The notes beneath the pieces are model-generated. The model saw only the letters and a list, made by a program, of their open reading frames with translations. It was not told where the DNA came from and did not search any database. A DNA stretch of 38,082 bases, from the NCBI GenBank assembly GCA_029907755.1, contig JARYLH010000002.1, positions 1 to 38,082 of the forward strand, in the 5' to 3' direction. Shown here one piece after another: positions 19,504 through 28,495 of the stretch (positions are counted from its first letter, which is position 1; each line of letters opens with the position of its first letter). The DNA is from Candidatus Methanosuratincola sp. (GTDB lineage Archaea > Thermoproteota > Methanomethylicia > Methanomethylicales > Methanomethylicaceae). The position numbers were made by a program, and so were the translations under genes.

Positions 19504-20016
19504 TCATTGGGGCGCGCTTCTGTACATCTTCACCAGCCCTTGGTACGCCCCGGCGGTCTCTCTGATCCTCTCCTTGTCCCTCTCCTCTATGCTCCTGACG
19601 CTCTTTGCGGGTAAACCCATCATGACGCTGCCTGAAGGGACCGTCTTGCCCTCAGGTATGAGTGCGCCAGCCCCTATGACGCAGTCGTCGCCTATCTCAG
19701 CGCCGGTCAAAATGATCGCCCCCATCCCCACGAGCGTGTTGTTCCCTATCCTGCAGCCGTGGATGATGCAGCCGTGCCCAACCACCGTCCCCTTGCCTAC
19801 GTTTGTGGGGTAACCCTTGTCAGTGTGGAGGATCGCGCCGTCCTGTATGCTCGCACCGCTCTTGATTATTATGCGCTCTATGTCCCCCCGAAGGACTGCG
19901 CAGGGCCACACGTTTGCCCCCTCTTCAATTATAACGTCGCCTATCACCACCGCATCCTCATGGACGAATGCCTTGGGATCGATCTGCGGTCTAATGCCTT
20001 GAAGCTCTCTTATCAT
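19504..20016 (-). CDS. Gamma-carbonic-anhydrase-like hexapeptide-repeat protein (YrdA/PaaY/CamH type)
   Basis: Left-handed beta-helix repeats (VIGDVIIEEGANVWPCAVLRGD, VGHGCIIHGCRIGNNTLVGMGAIIL); 170 aa. Confidence 0.8.
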   Translation of the reverse strand: MIRELQGIRPQIDPKAFVHEDAVVIGDVIIEEGANVWPCAVLRGDIERIIIKSGASIQDGAILHTDKGYPTNVGKGTVVGHGCIIHGCRIGNNTLVGMGAIILTGAEIGDDCVIGAGALIPEGKTVPSGSVMMGLPAKSVRSIEERDKERIRETAGAYQGLVKMYRSAPQ

Positions 20017-20022
20017 TCCAAC

Positions 20023-20505
20023 CTACTCCATCGTCACTGCGAGGTCCGTGTCTATTAAGTACTTGAAACGGAAGGTGTCTGTCCAGTCCGGGCTCCTGAG
20101 CGACCCTTGTAAGCACACTGCAATCACGTCCTTACTTCCAGGCAGGCGCTCGATCGCCTCCTTCAGGACCTTTGGCGGAACCCCGTACTTCGGGATCGCA
20201 AGCCCGCCTAGCAAAACCACTATTCGATAATCGCTGCCTGACTTCAGTCCGCCCAGCTGGTAGCCGTAGCCTTCGTCCTTCACAAGCTCCCTTATCTTGC
20301 TCGAGTCCGATGAAGGCATGAAGAATGGCTTCAGATGTAAATCCCTTATGCCGTAGCACAGGAACTCTGCAAAGGGAAGGCAGGTGAATGGTGATCCGAC
20401 GAACAGCGCGTCCCCTTCCCCCCCAATGCTCTCAACCGCGGTACGGAAGCACTTGCTTAATCCTGAAAGTCCCTTGACCTCAACCTTGCTCTTCAAAAAC
20501 AACAC
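20023..20505 (-). CDS. Conserved archaeal hypothetical protein (possibly a methanogen-associated DUF family; unverified)
   Basis: 160-aa ORF with a GTG start and a GSPFTCLPFAEFLCYGIRD motif. It reminds me of small methanogen-specific DUF proteins, but I cannot confirm this without an HMM search. Confidence 0.45.
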   Translation of the reverse strand: MLFLKSKVEVKGLSGLSKCFRTAVESIGGEGDALFVGSPFTCLPFAEFLCYGIRDLHLKPFFMPSSDSSKIRELVKDEGYGYQLGGLKSGSDYRIVVLLGGLAIPKYGVPPKVLKEAIERLPGSKDVIAVCLQGSLRSPDWTDTFRFKYLIDTDLAVTME

Positions 20506-20712
20506 CCCAAAGTCTCCTTGAGAATAATAAGCCCGGCGCTCTATAAAAATTGAGCAGGGTCTCGGTGCGCTTATGGCTATGGCGCGGGCAAAACCGGTCT
20601 CCTTCCGGGCGTACAGAAAGGGTTTGCCCTCCGCACTTCTTCAAGTCTTGACTGGCTGCAGTATGCTGAAGAACCGAAATGGTATTATTGCTTCCTACCG
20701 AAATTATTGATC

Positions 20713-21348
20713 ATGTCTGACCCTTACAGCACTTTTGTCCAGTCTCTATCAAAGGCTGTACAGCCAAAGGGACCTGCTGCCGCATACACGCCCGTTCACG
20801 TCGTAAAGGCATTGCTGATAATCGAATCATCGAAATCGGTCGGGAGGGTGATGCTGGCGAGGGTTCTTGGGATAGGGGAGGGTTCGGTCAGGACAATTAT
20901 AAAGCGCTTGCAGCAGCAATCCCTCATAAGCATCGACAGCATCGGAGGTTGCGCCCTTACCCCCATTGGACGTGAAGTGCTCGCCCAGATCAAGAACGGC
21001 ATGGTGTCCTCTGGTCCGATAGACCTCAGCGGGATGGGAGTCACATACCCCTCGTTCGCGCTCCAGGTAAGACTTGACGTGTCGGCGCACTCCGTGCTGA
21101 AGCTACGGGACGTTGCGATCAGGTGGGGCGCGGAAGGGGGGATGGTCTTCCACTTCTCCGGGGGGAGGATAGTTGTGCCCTCGATAACAGAAGACCTTTC
21201 GCAGACCAGCCCTTCCACGTATTATGAGCTCATGAGCAGGTTCAGGCTCCAGGACGGCGACTACGTACTTGCTGCTTTCGCCAACGATGCAGCCTCAGCC
21301 GAAACGAGCGCACTAGCGGTCTTCCTATTCCTGAAGGGCATACAATGA
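20713..21348 (+). CDS. Winged-HTH domain protein with uncharacterised C-terminal domain (putative regulator)
   Basis: VGRVMLARVLGIGEGSVRTIIKRLQQQSLI is wHTH-like. ATG 20713 is preferred over TTG 20707. It lies 69 nt upstream of the ABC operon. Confidence 0.5.
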   Translation: MSDPYSTFVQSLSKAVQPKGPAAAYTPVHVVKALLIIESSKSVGRVMLARVLGIGEGSVRTIIKRLQQQSLISIDSIGGCALTPIGREVLAQIKNGMVSSGPIDLSGMGVTYPSFALQVRLDVSAHSVLKLRDVAIRWGAEGGMVFHFSGGRIVVPSITEDLSQTSPSTYYELMSRFRLQDGDYVLAAFANDAASAETSALAVFLFLKGIQ

Positions 21349-21417
21349 AGTTTTATCATCCAATTGTACACAAAAAGCATATATCGGAGCAAAAATAGGG
21401 TTTTTTGGGAGCAAGAT

Positions 21418-22386
21418 ATGGTGAATAAAATCCTTATTGTATCTTTGGTTGCCCTAGTTGTAATTATTGGCGGTCTCTACGCCTCCGGCATGATCTTCCC
21501 GCGCGAGGCCGAAACCATAAGGATCGGCCACCTGACAGGGGACCTCCATCACCTGGCGCTCTTCGTGGCAATCAATCAGGGGTACTTCGAGCAGTACGGG
21601 ATAAAGATACAGCTAAAGGAGTACGTTAACGGCCCATCTCTTATGCAGGACTTCTTGGCAGGTGAGCTGGACTTCGCTTACGTCGGCGCACCCCCAGCAA
21701 TATCTGCCAGGGCAAAAGCACTCTCTGATCCGAAATCACACCTGCCCGTAGTCATAGCTTCAGTCAACCTGGAAGGATCTGCAATAGTCGCAGAGGCTGG
21801 CATAGATACGCCTGACGACCTCGCCGGCAAAAACATTGGAACTCCTGGCACCGGCACAATACAGGACATAATGCTCAGCATGTTCCTCAGGGAGCGAAAC
21901 ATAACCATCACGAAGAGCCCGATGTCGATCTCCACGCTGCCCCTTGAATTCAGCAAGGGCGCAATCGACGGATTTATCGGCTGGGAGCCTGCCCCCTCGA
22001 TAGCTGTTGTCCAATCAGGGGCCCATGTGCTCCTCACATCCCATGAACTGTTCCCCAACCACCAGTGCTGCGTGCTGGTAGTCTCCAACAAGTACCTCGA
22101 GGCACACCCGGACATAGTCCAGAAGTTCGCGCAGGTGCACAAGATGGCAAACCAGTACATCCTTAACAACCCAGAATCGGCAAAGCAGATCGCGATGAAC
22201 GTAACCGGCTATTCCTCGGACATAATACAGCTGGCTCTTTCGCACATAGTCTACACCTCGACCCCTGACCCTGAGAGCATGAAGACATTCTTGCACTCGA
22301 TGATCGACCTGGGTGTCGTAACCACCGTATCGCACGATCAAGTCGACGGGTTCATAAACGCATTTATAGACACGCGTTTCATCTAA
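21418..22386 (+). CDS. ABC transporter substrate-binding protein, NitT/TauT (NMT1/THI5-like) family, N-terminal TM anchor
   Basis: ATG 21418 gives MVNKILIVSLVALVVIIGGLYASG, a signal anchor with no lipobox Cys. The fold matches type-2 periplasmic binding proteins of the sulfonate/nitrate/HMP type (IRIGHL...GELDFAYVGAPPAISA...GFIGWEP). Confidence 0.7.
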   Translation: MVNKILIVSLVALVVIIGGLYASGMIFPREAETIRIGHLTGDLHHLALFVAINQGYFEQYGIKIQLKEYVNGPSLMQDFLAGELDFAYVGAPPAISARAKALSDPKSHLPVVIASVNLEGSAIVAEAGIDTPDDLAGKNIGTPGTGTIQDIMLSMFLRERNITITKSPMSISTLPLEFSKGAIDGFIGWEPAPSIAVVQSGAHVLLTSHELFPNHQCCVLVVSNKYLEAHPDIVQKFAQVHKMANQYILNNPESAKQIAMNVTGYSSDIIQLALSHIVYTSTPDPESMKTFLHSMIDLGVVTTVSHDQVDGFINAFIDTRFI

Positions 22387-22401
22387 TGAAGAGTGATTTG
22401 G

Positions 22402-23184
22402 ATGGAGCGCCTCGATCGGGTAAAGGGCACACTGCTAGGGGCACTGTCCCTGGCAGTATTTTTTATCATCTGGCAACTGGTCGCTTGGTACCTTAATTCA
22501 CCGTTCCTTCCGGGGCCCTATGACGTGCTTCAGGCATTCGGAAGGATCTCCACGTCGGGGGACATCGACGGTTACACCCTGTATTCGCACTCGCTCATGA
22601 GCATCTACAGGGTAATGCTGGGCTTCGGCTTCGCAGGGATCACCGCAATCCCGCTGGGGGTCTTCATGGGGCTGAAGCCCTCCGTTAACAGTGTGTCCAC
22701 ACCGATAATAGAGCCTATAAGGTTCATACCCCCCATCGCATGGATCCCGCTTTCCATAATACTCCTCAGCGGCTTGGGGCGTTACATCTTCCTTATTTGG
22801 ATAGGCGCTTTCTTCCCTATACTCCTAAACACCATAGCTGGAGTGAAGCGCACATCGCCAGTCCTCGTGGACATGGCAAAGACGTTCGGTGCTGACAGCA
22901 GCACAATCACGTCTAGGATAGTCTTCCCCAGCGCACTCCCTGAGATTATGAGCGGACTGAGGGTAGGGCTCGGGGTGGGGTGGATGTGCATTGTGGCTGC
23001 CGAGATGATCGGCGGAGAGCCTGTTGGGTTGGGGCGTCTGATAATAAAGTACGCAAACCTCTACCAGATCGACGTTGTGATACTCGGCATGATAACCATC
23101 GGGATAATCGGTCTGGTGCTGAACTACGGCATCCTGACTGCAGAGAAGCGGCTCTTCAAGTGGAGGGTCGAGGTCAAGGCGTAG
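22402..23184 (+). CDS. ABC transporter permease, NitT/TauT family
   Basis: About 6 TM helices and an EAA-type loop (AKTFGADSSTITSRIVFPSALPEIMSGLRVGLGVGW). An alternative GTG lies at 22393. Confidence 0.8.
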   Translation: MERLDRVKGTLLGALSLAVFFIIWQLVAWYLNSPFLPGPYDVLQAFGRISTSGDIDGYTLYSHSLMSIYRVMLGFGFAGITAIPLGVFMGLKPSVNSVSTPIIEPIRFIPPIAWIPLSIILLSGLGRYIFLIWIGAFFPILLNTIAGVKRTSPVLVDMAKTFGADSSTITSRIVFPSALPEIMSGLRVGLGVGWMCIVAAEMIGGEPVGLGRLIIKYANLYQIDVVILGMITIGIIGLVLNYGILTAEKRLFKWRVEVKA

Positions 23185-23187
23185 GTG

Positions 23188-23952
23188 ATGGCTTTGGTAG
23201 CCGCTATTGAGCTCAACTCGGTCGGAAAATTCTTCGAGTCGGGAAAAGAAAAGATTGAGGTGATAAAGGACATCACCCTCAGCGTGGACGAGGGAAGGTT
23301 CGTCTGCGTCGTGGGCCCCTCGGGCTGCGGCAAGACCACGCTCCTGCGGTTGATGTGCGGGCTCCTCCAGCCGACGAGCGGCAAGGTGCTCGTCAATGGC
23401 AACCCGCCGGATCCTAAGAAGAACCGCTTCGGGGTCATATTCCAAGAGGACTCGCTGCTGCCTTGGAAAACCGTGCTCGAGAACGTCAAATTCGGCTTGG
23501 AAGTGACTAGGAGCAAGGGCAATGCCGATTCCACGGCGAGGGAGTTCATAGCCATGGTCGGCCTGAGGGGGTTCGAGGACTACTACCCGCACCAGATCTC
23601 GGGCGGCATGAAGAAGCGCGTCGCGATCGCCAGGGCTATGGCGGTGGATCCTGAGATAATACTCATGGACGAGCCATTTGCGGATCTCGATGCTCAGACC
23701 AGGCAGATACTCCAGAAGGAACTTCTGAGCGTCTGGTCGAAACTGAACAAGACAGTGATATTCATAACCCACAACGTCGACGAGGCAGTCTTCCTCGGGC
23801 AGGACATCGTCGTTTTGACCAAGCGCCCAGCGAGCGTGAAGGCACTGGTCAATGTGGATCTCGAGTACCCGAGGGCGAGGCTGAGCCCCCCCTTCATATC
23901 GTACCGGGAGAAGATCTTGCGTTATCTCCAGGAGGAGATCACCGCACTTTAG
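23188..23952 (+). CDS. ABC transporter ATP-binding protein, NitT/TauT family
   Basis: Walker A GPSGCGKTT, signature ISGGMKKR, Walker B ILMDEPF, H-loop ITHN. It starts 1-4 nt after the permease stop. Confidence 0.9.
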   Translation: MALVAAIELNSVGKFFESGKEKIEVIKDITLSVDEGRFVCVVGPSGCGKTTLLRLMCGLLQPTSGKVLVNGNPPDPKKNRFGVIFQEDSLLPWKTVLENVKFGLEVTRSKGNADSTAREFIAMVGLRGFEDYYPHQISGGMKKRVAIARAMAVDPEIILMDEPFADLDAQTRQILQKELLSVWSKLNKTVIFITHNVDEAVFLGQDIVVLTKRPASVKALVNVDLEYPRARLSPPFISYREKILRYLQEEITAL

Positions 23953-23962
23953 GGTGTCCTGC

Positions 23963-24517
23963 ATGGAAATGGACGGGTACGATCTCTACGAGGCACTGAT
24001 CTCCGCAGCAATGGAGTCAAATGAGAAGTTTGCAGAGATGCTGAAGTCGGTCATGAAAAAGAAAGGCATCACCGTCAGGGATCTGAGCGCTGGCTCGGGA
24101 GTCCCTGTAAGCACAATCAACAAGATGCTCTCGGAGGAGAGGGATATCCGGCTGTCGACCTTCAGGGAAGTGATCAGGTACATAGCGTCGCAGAGCATGG
24201 AGGTTGTGGGAGACATCACCGTCGGGATAATCGCAGCCCGCCCAGCCCTCAACGCTCTTTCAAGGCACCAGCTCCCAGTGAAGGGGAAAAAAGTGATCAT
24301 TAAGGAATACCCTGCCAACAATCTTGAGGAAGCCATAATCTGCGCCATAAGGGCTGAGCGCAATAGGGTGCAGGGGCTGGTATGTGCCTCCATCGTTGCC
24401 ACTACTGTGGAGAAGTTCGTGAGGATTCCCATCGTCACCATCAAGGTCGAGGAATCGAACATAATCGAATCGCTGAAAGTACTTGTCGACAAGATACTTT
24501 CAACCGAGCTTGTGTAA
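23963..24517 (+). CDS. XRE-type HTH protein with uncharacterised C-terminal domain
   Basis: GITVRDLSAGSGVPVSTINKMLSEERDIRLSTFREV is HTH_3-like. It starts 1-10 nt after the ABC ATPase stop and ends 132 nt upstream of mcrB. Confidence 0.6.
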   Translation: MEMDGYDLYEALISAAMESNEKFAEMLKSVMKKKGITVRDLSAGSGVPVSTINKMLSEERDIRLSTFREVIRYIASQSMEVVGDITVGIIAARPALNALSRHQLPVKGKKVIIKEYPANNLEEAIICAIRAERNRVQGLVCASIVATTVEKFVRIPIVTIKVEESNIIESLKVLVDKILSTELV

Positions 24518-24523
24518 CACAAG
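24509..24523. promoter_or_regulatory. Perfect 7-1-7 palindrome CTTGTGTAACACAAG spanning the stop codon of the HTH gene
   Basis: Read directly from the sequence. It could be an operator or a hairpin, and lies 127 nt upstream of the mcrB ATG. Confidence 0.35.
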
Positions 24524-24590
24524 TGATGCAAATATAACCTGTTGTTATTGCAGGGTTCTTAAGTGCAGATTATTACTGTGTTTAGGCAAG

Positions 24591-24620
24591 GCTTTAATAT
24601 TCCATACATCTTTAAAATAC
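24591..24620 (+). promoter_or_regulatory. Putative mcr operon promoter (two TATA-like boxes)
   Basis: TTTAATATT (24593-24601) and TTTAAAATA (24611-24619) lie in a markedly AT-rich 130-nt spacer, 30-57 nt upstream of the mcrB ATG. Confidence 0.45.
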
Positions 24621-24649
24621 ACGCAACAAAACTGAAAGAGAGGAGTTCT

Positions 24650-25984
24650 ATGGCGAAATATCCGGATAAAGTAGATCTATACGACGATCGTGGCCGCGTT
24701 TTCGCCTCCAAGGTTCCCGTTGAAGCTCTGAGCCCACTGCGCAACCCAGCAATGCAGAAGATAATTTCCTATGTGAAGCAGTGCGTTTCGGTGAATCTTG
24801 AGGGCATCGAGAAGGCCCTGGCGACCGGAGAAGTTGGTGGCAAATGGTGCATAATCAGGGGCAGATCCTTAAAGCTGGACCTTGTCAAGAATGCTGAGAG
24901 CATCGCCGACAGCCTCAAGAGTTGCCTGCAGGTGACGAAGGACGATGATACCGAGGTTAAGGTCCTCAAGGGAGGGAAGCACCTCCTTGTGAAGGTTCCA
25001 GCAAAGAGGCTGAATGCAGGAGTCGAATACACCACAGGGTTCACAGCTACTGCCGCTGCGCTCTGCTGCACAATTGTCGAAAACTTCAAGGTCAACCTAT
25101 GGGACGCTGACTTGATCCATGCAGCTGTCTGGGGCAGGTACCCGCAGACGATGGAACCGCTCGGCGGAAACGTGTCGTCACTATTGTCGGTTCCGCAACA
25201 GAATGAGGGTATGGGATACGCTCTGAGGAACGTTCCGTGCGCGCACATTGCCCTTATCACTAAGAAGAACGCAATGAACGCAGCAGCCCTCTCCTCGATA
25301 TTGGAACAGGCAGCCATGTTCGAGATGGGCGACGCGATCGGCAACTTCGAAAGGCTACACTTGCTAGGGCTAGCCTACCAGGGTCTGAACGCCAACAACC
25401 TTGTCTACGACATCGTGAAGGAGAACTCTAAGACCGGCACCCTCGGCGATGTGGCGATATCCACAGTCAAGAGGGCTATCGCAGACGGTGTCATCAAGCC
25501 GCTCGAGAAGAAGCCTTCTGGCTACACCGCTTACACGACTGAAGACCTCAACAAGTGGAATGCATACGCTGCAGCGGGTCTGCTGGCTGGCACAATGGTC
25601 ACCTGCGGCTCGGCTAGGTCGATGCAGCACTGCCCGTCCGTGTTCATATACTTCAACGACCTGATCGAGAGAGAAACCGGCCTGCCGGGAGTCGACTTCG
25701 GTAGGGTCGCGGGCACAGGAGTTGAGATGGCATTCTTCAGCCACTCGATCTACGGCGGAGGCAACCCCGCTGTGTTCCACGGCAACCACATCGTGACGAG
25801 GCACAGTAAGGGCTACGCGATACCCTGCGTGGCTGCAGCAGTCGCGCTCGATGCGGGCACAGTCATCTACACGCCCGAGAAGATCAGCGGCGTAGTCGGG
25901 GAGACTCTGAGCGAGGTGCCCGAGCTGAGGGAGCCGCTGAGGTATGTGAATGAGGCAGCAGTTTCAATCCATGGAGGTATCTAA
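24650..25984 (+). CDS. mcrB: Methyl-coenzyme M reductase beta subunit
   Basis: [39 protein letters not shown] is a classical McrB N-terminus. 444 aa. GAGAGGAG SD at 24638-24645. The track extension back to 24563 runs through the AT-rich promoter. Confidence 0.92.
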   Translation: MAKYPDKVDLYDDRGRVFASKVPVEALSPLRNPAMQKIISYVKQCVSVNLEGIEKALATGEVGGKWCIIRGRSLKLDLVKNAESIADSLKSCLQVTKDDDTEVKVLKGGKHLLVKVPAKRLNAGVEYTTGFTATAAALCCTIVENFKVNLWDADLIHAAVWGRYPQTMEPLGGNVSSLLSVPQQNEGMGYALRNVPCAHIALITKKNAMNAAALSSILEQAAMFEMGDAIGNFERLHLLGLAYQGLNANNLVYDIVKENSKTGTLGDVAISTVKRAIADGVIKPLEKKPSGYTAYTTEDLNKWNAYAAAGLLAGTMVTCGSARSMQHCPSVFIYFNDLIERETGLPGVDFGRVAGTGVEMAFFSHSIYGGGNPAVFHGNHIVTRHSKGYAIPCVAAAVALDAGTVIYTPEKISGVVGETLSEVPELREPLRYVNEAAVSIHGGI

Positions 25985-25985
25985 A

Positions 25986-26762
25986 ATGGTAGCGTACAAG
26001 CCACAGTATTACCCGGGAAACTCCAAGATCGCTAAGAACAGGAAGAAGTACCTGGACCCGTCCTACAAGCTTAAGAAGCTGAGGACGATCAGCGACGACG
26101 ACCTGGTGAAGCTGATGGGCCACAGGGTTCCGGGAGAGGCATACAAGTCGGTCCACCCGCCGCTTGAGGAGATGGGCGAGCCGGCATGCCCGATCAGGGA
26201 ACTCGTTGAGCCGACGCCAGGCGCGAAGGCAGGCGACAGGATCAGGTACATCCAGTTCACCGACTCGGTTTACTTCACACCGCTGACCCCATACATGAGG
26301 GCATGGATGGGACACACGAGGTACAGGGGAGTCGACATCGGCGTCCTCTCGGGGAGGGTCCCGCTCGAAGCAAGGGAACGTGACCTGGAGAAGGTCGCGA
26401 AGGAACTCGTCGAGACCGAGATATTCGATCCTGCAAGGTGCGGGATCAGGGGCGCAACCGTCCACGGGCACTCTCTGAGGCTAGACGAGAACGGAATGAT
26501 GTTCGACGCGCTCAGGAGATTCGTCTTCGACAAGAAGACTGGCGAGGTCGTCTACGTGAAGGACCAGATCGGAGTGCCTCTCGACAAGCCTATCTCTGTC
26601 GGAAAGCCGATCAAGGAGGAAGAGCTAAGGGAAATGACTAGCGAGTACAGGGTCGACGGCGTCCCGTTCAGGGAGGACAAGGAAATGGTTGAGTTCGTAC
26701 AGCGCCTGCACATGCTAAGGACGGAGGCTGGATTCGATCCAAATAAGGTGAAGGGGATCTAA
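25986..26762 (+). CDS. mcrG: Methyl-coenzyme M reductase gamma subunit
   Basis: [18 protein letters not shown]...[35 protein letters not shown]...[15 protein letters not shown] matches McrG. 258 aa. GGAGGT at 25973-25978, and the ATG is 1 nt after the mcrB stop. Confidence 0.92.
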   Translation: MVAYKPQYYPGNSKIAKNRKKYLDPSYKLKKLRTISDDDLVKLMGHRVPGEAYKSVHPPLEEMGEPACPIRELVEPTPGAKAGDRIRYIQFTDSVYFTPLTPYMRAWMGHTRYRGVDIGVLSGRVPLEARERDLEKVAKELVETEIFDPARCGIRGATVHGHSLRLDENGMMFDALRRFVFDKKTGEVVYVKDQIGVPLDKPISVGKPIKEEELREMTSEYRVDGVPFREDKEMVEFVQRLHMLRTEAGFDPNKVKGI

Positions 26763-26775
26763 GGAGGAGATATGA

Positions 26776-28446
26776 ATGGCAACTGAAAAGAAGATGTTCT
26801 TGGAAGCACTCAGGAAGAAGTTCAAGGAGTCTCCAGAAGAGAAGTACACCAAGTTCTACATATACGAAGGATGGAAGCAATCTAAGAGGAAGAAAGAATT
26901 CGTCGAGTGGGGCACCAAGCTGGCGAAGGAGAGGGGCATCCCATTCTACAACCCCGAGATGCACCTAGGCGGCATCCCGCTGGGTCAGAGGGTGCTGATG
27001 CCATACAGGCTATCGCAGACCGACATCTACTGCGAGGGCGACGACCTTCACTTCATCAACAACGCCGCGATGCAGCAGATGTGGCACGACATCAGGAGGA
27101 CTGTTATAGTCGGTCTCGATGCTGCCCACATGGTCCTGCAGAAGCGGCTAGGTAAGGAGGTCACCCCTGAGACGGTGAACCACTACCTCGAGGTGCTGAA
27201 CCACGCGCTGCCAGGTGCTGCTGTTATCCAGGAGCACATGGTCGAGACCCACCCAGGGCTCGTCTCAGACTCGTACGTCAAGGTATTCACCGGAGACGAC
27301 GAACTGGCGGACGAGATCGACAAGCGCTTCCTCATCGACATAAACAAGGAGTTCCCTGCTGACCAGGCTGCACAGCTGAAGGCTGCCGTAGGCAAGCGGA
27401 TCTACCAGGTCCTGCGCATGCCCACAATAGTTGCAATGACCTGCGACGGAGGAACGATGTCGAGATGGTCTGCAATGCAGATCTCGATGTCGATGGTCAA
27501 CGCCTACAAGCTGATGGCTGGTGAAGCAGCAATCGGCGAGTTCGCCTTTGCAGCGAAGCACGCCGAGGTAATCGAGATGGGTACCCTTATGCCATGGAGG
27601 CGCGCGAGGGGTCCGAACGAGCCAGGCGGTGTACCACTCGGATACCTTGTAGACATCTGCCAGGCTTCGAGGGTCAAGCCCGAGGATCCGACATGGGTCG
27701 CGCTTGAAGCCATCTCGATGGGGGCGGTGCTCTACGACCAGTTCTGGTTCGGCAGCTACATGTCTGGAGGCGTAGGCTTCACGCAGTACGCCACGTGCAC
27801 ATACACTGACAACGTCCTTGATGACTTCTGCTACTACGGCGCGGACTATGTCAAGAAGAAGTACGGCGGATTCGGGAAGGCGAAGCCAAGCTGGGACCTT
27901 ATAAAGGACATCGCGACCGAGGTCACACTCTACGGGCTCGAGCAGTACGAGCGCTTCCCAGCGCTGATGGAGACCCACTTCGGCGGTTCGCAGAGGGCTG
28001 CTGTTGTGGCCGCAGGCGCAGGCGTAGCCGTATCGCTCGCTACAGGCAACTCCACGGCAGGCATCAACGGCTGGTACCTGAGCCAGCTTCTCCACAAGGA
28101 GGAGATGGGCAGGCTCGGCTTCTACGGCTACGACCAGCAGGACCAGTGCGGTTCGGCAAACAGCTTCTCGTACAGGAGCGACGAGGGCCTTCCATTCAAC
28201 CTGAGGGGTGTGAACTACCCGAACTACGCCCTGAACGTAGGGCACCAGTCGGCGCACACGGGGATTGTCCAGGCAGCGCACAGCGGAAGGGGCGATGCGT
28301 GGACGACCAACCCGCTGATAAAGATCGCATTCGCCGACAAGGACCTGAAGTTCGACTTCACGCACCCGAGGCTCTGCTTCGGCAAGGGCGCTCTGAGGGA
28401 GTTCATGCCTGCGGGCGAGAGGTCCCTCATCATACCGAGCCGATAA
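26776..28446 (+). CDS. mcrA: Methyl-coenzyme M reductase alpha subunit
   Basis: 556 aa and collinear with canonical McrA as I remember it. Motifs: [81 protein letters not shown] and NVGHQ. AGGAGG SD overlaps the mcrG stop. Confidence 0.95.
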   Translation: MATEKKMFLEALRKKFKESPEEKYTKFYIYEGWKQSKRKKEFVEWGTKLAKERGIPFYNPEMHLGGIPLGQRVLMPYRLSQTDIYCEGDDLHFINNAAMQQMWHDIRRTVIVGLDAAHMVLQKRLGKEVTPETVNHYLEVLNHALPGAAVIQEHMVETHPGLVSDSYVKVFTGDDELADEIDKRFLIDINKEFPADQAAQLKAAVGKRIYQVLRMPTIVAMTCDGGTMSRWSAMQISMSMVNAYKLMAGEAAIGEFAFAAKHAEVIEMGTLMPWRRARGPNEPGGVPLGYLVDICQASRVKPEDPTWVALEAISMGAVLYDQFWFGSYMSGGVGFTQYATCTYTDNVLDDFCYYGADYVKKKYGGFGKAKPSWDLIKDIATEVTLYGLEQYERFPALMETHFGGSQRAAVVAAGAGVAVSLATGNSTAGINGWYLSQLLHKEEMGRLGFYGYDQQDQCGSANSFSYRSDEGLPFNLRGVNYPNYALNVGHQSAHTGIVQAAHSGRGDAWTTNPLIKIAFADKDLKFDFTHPRLCFGKGALREFMPAGERSLIIPSR

Positions 28447-28459
28447 GCGACCAAAAACC

Positions 28460-28484
28460 TTTTTTCTTTTTTTCCATTGTTTTT
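28460..28484 (+). terminator. Oligo-T tract downstream of mcrA (archaeal intrinsic terminator candidate)
   Basis: T6 (28460-28465), T7 (28467-28473) and T5 (28480-28484) lie within 40 nt of the mcrA stop. Confidence 0.55.
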
Positions 28485-28495
28485 AATGATTCGAA

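Noticed and set aside
22825-23964. 379-aa ORF on the minus strand, antisense to the ABC permease/ATPase genes
   Set aside because: It is a shadow ORF of well-supported plus-strand genes. Its composition is Arg/Pro/His/Leu-rich and low-complexity, with no motifs and no SD or promoter context.
24563-24649. 29-codon N-terminal extension of mcrB proposed by the ORF track
   Set aside because: The extension runs through the AT-rich promoter spacer and encodes non-McrB-like sequence. The canonical McrB N-terminus ([13 protein letters not shown]) starts at ATG 24650 with a strong SD.
27265-28365. 366-aa ORF antisense to mcrA
   Set aside because: It lies entirely inside the unmistakable mcrA reading frame, has the Arg/Val/Leu-rich composition typical of antisense frames of GC-rich genes, and has no recognisable domain.
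26776-28446. Idea that the mcrBGA operon encodes an alkyl-coenzyme M reductase (ethane/butane type)
   Set aside because: McrA is collinear with canonical methane-type McrA and retains all hallmark residues, including Gln406 and the FYGYDxQDQCG segment. Nothing in the sequence supports an enlarged-substrate enzyme. It is still worth confirming by phylogeny.
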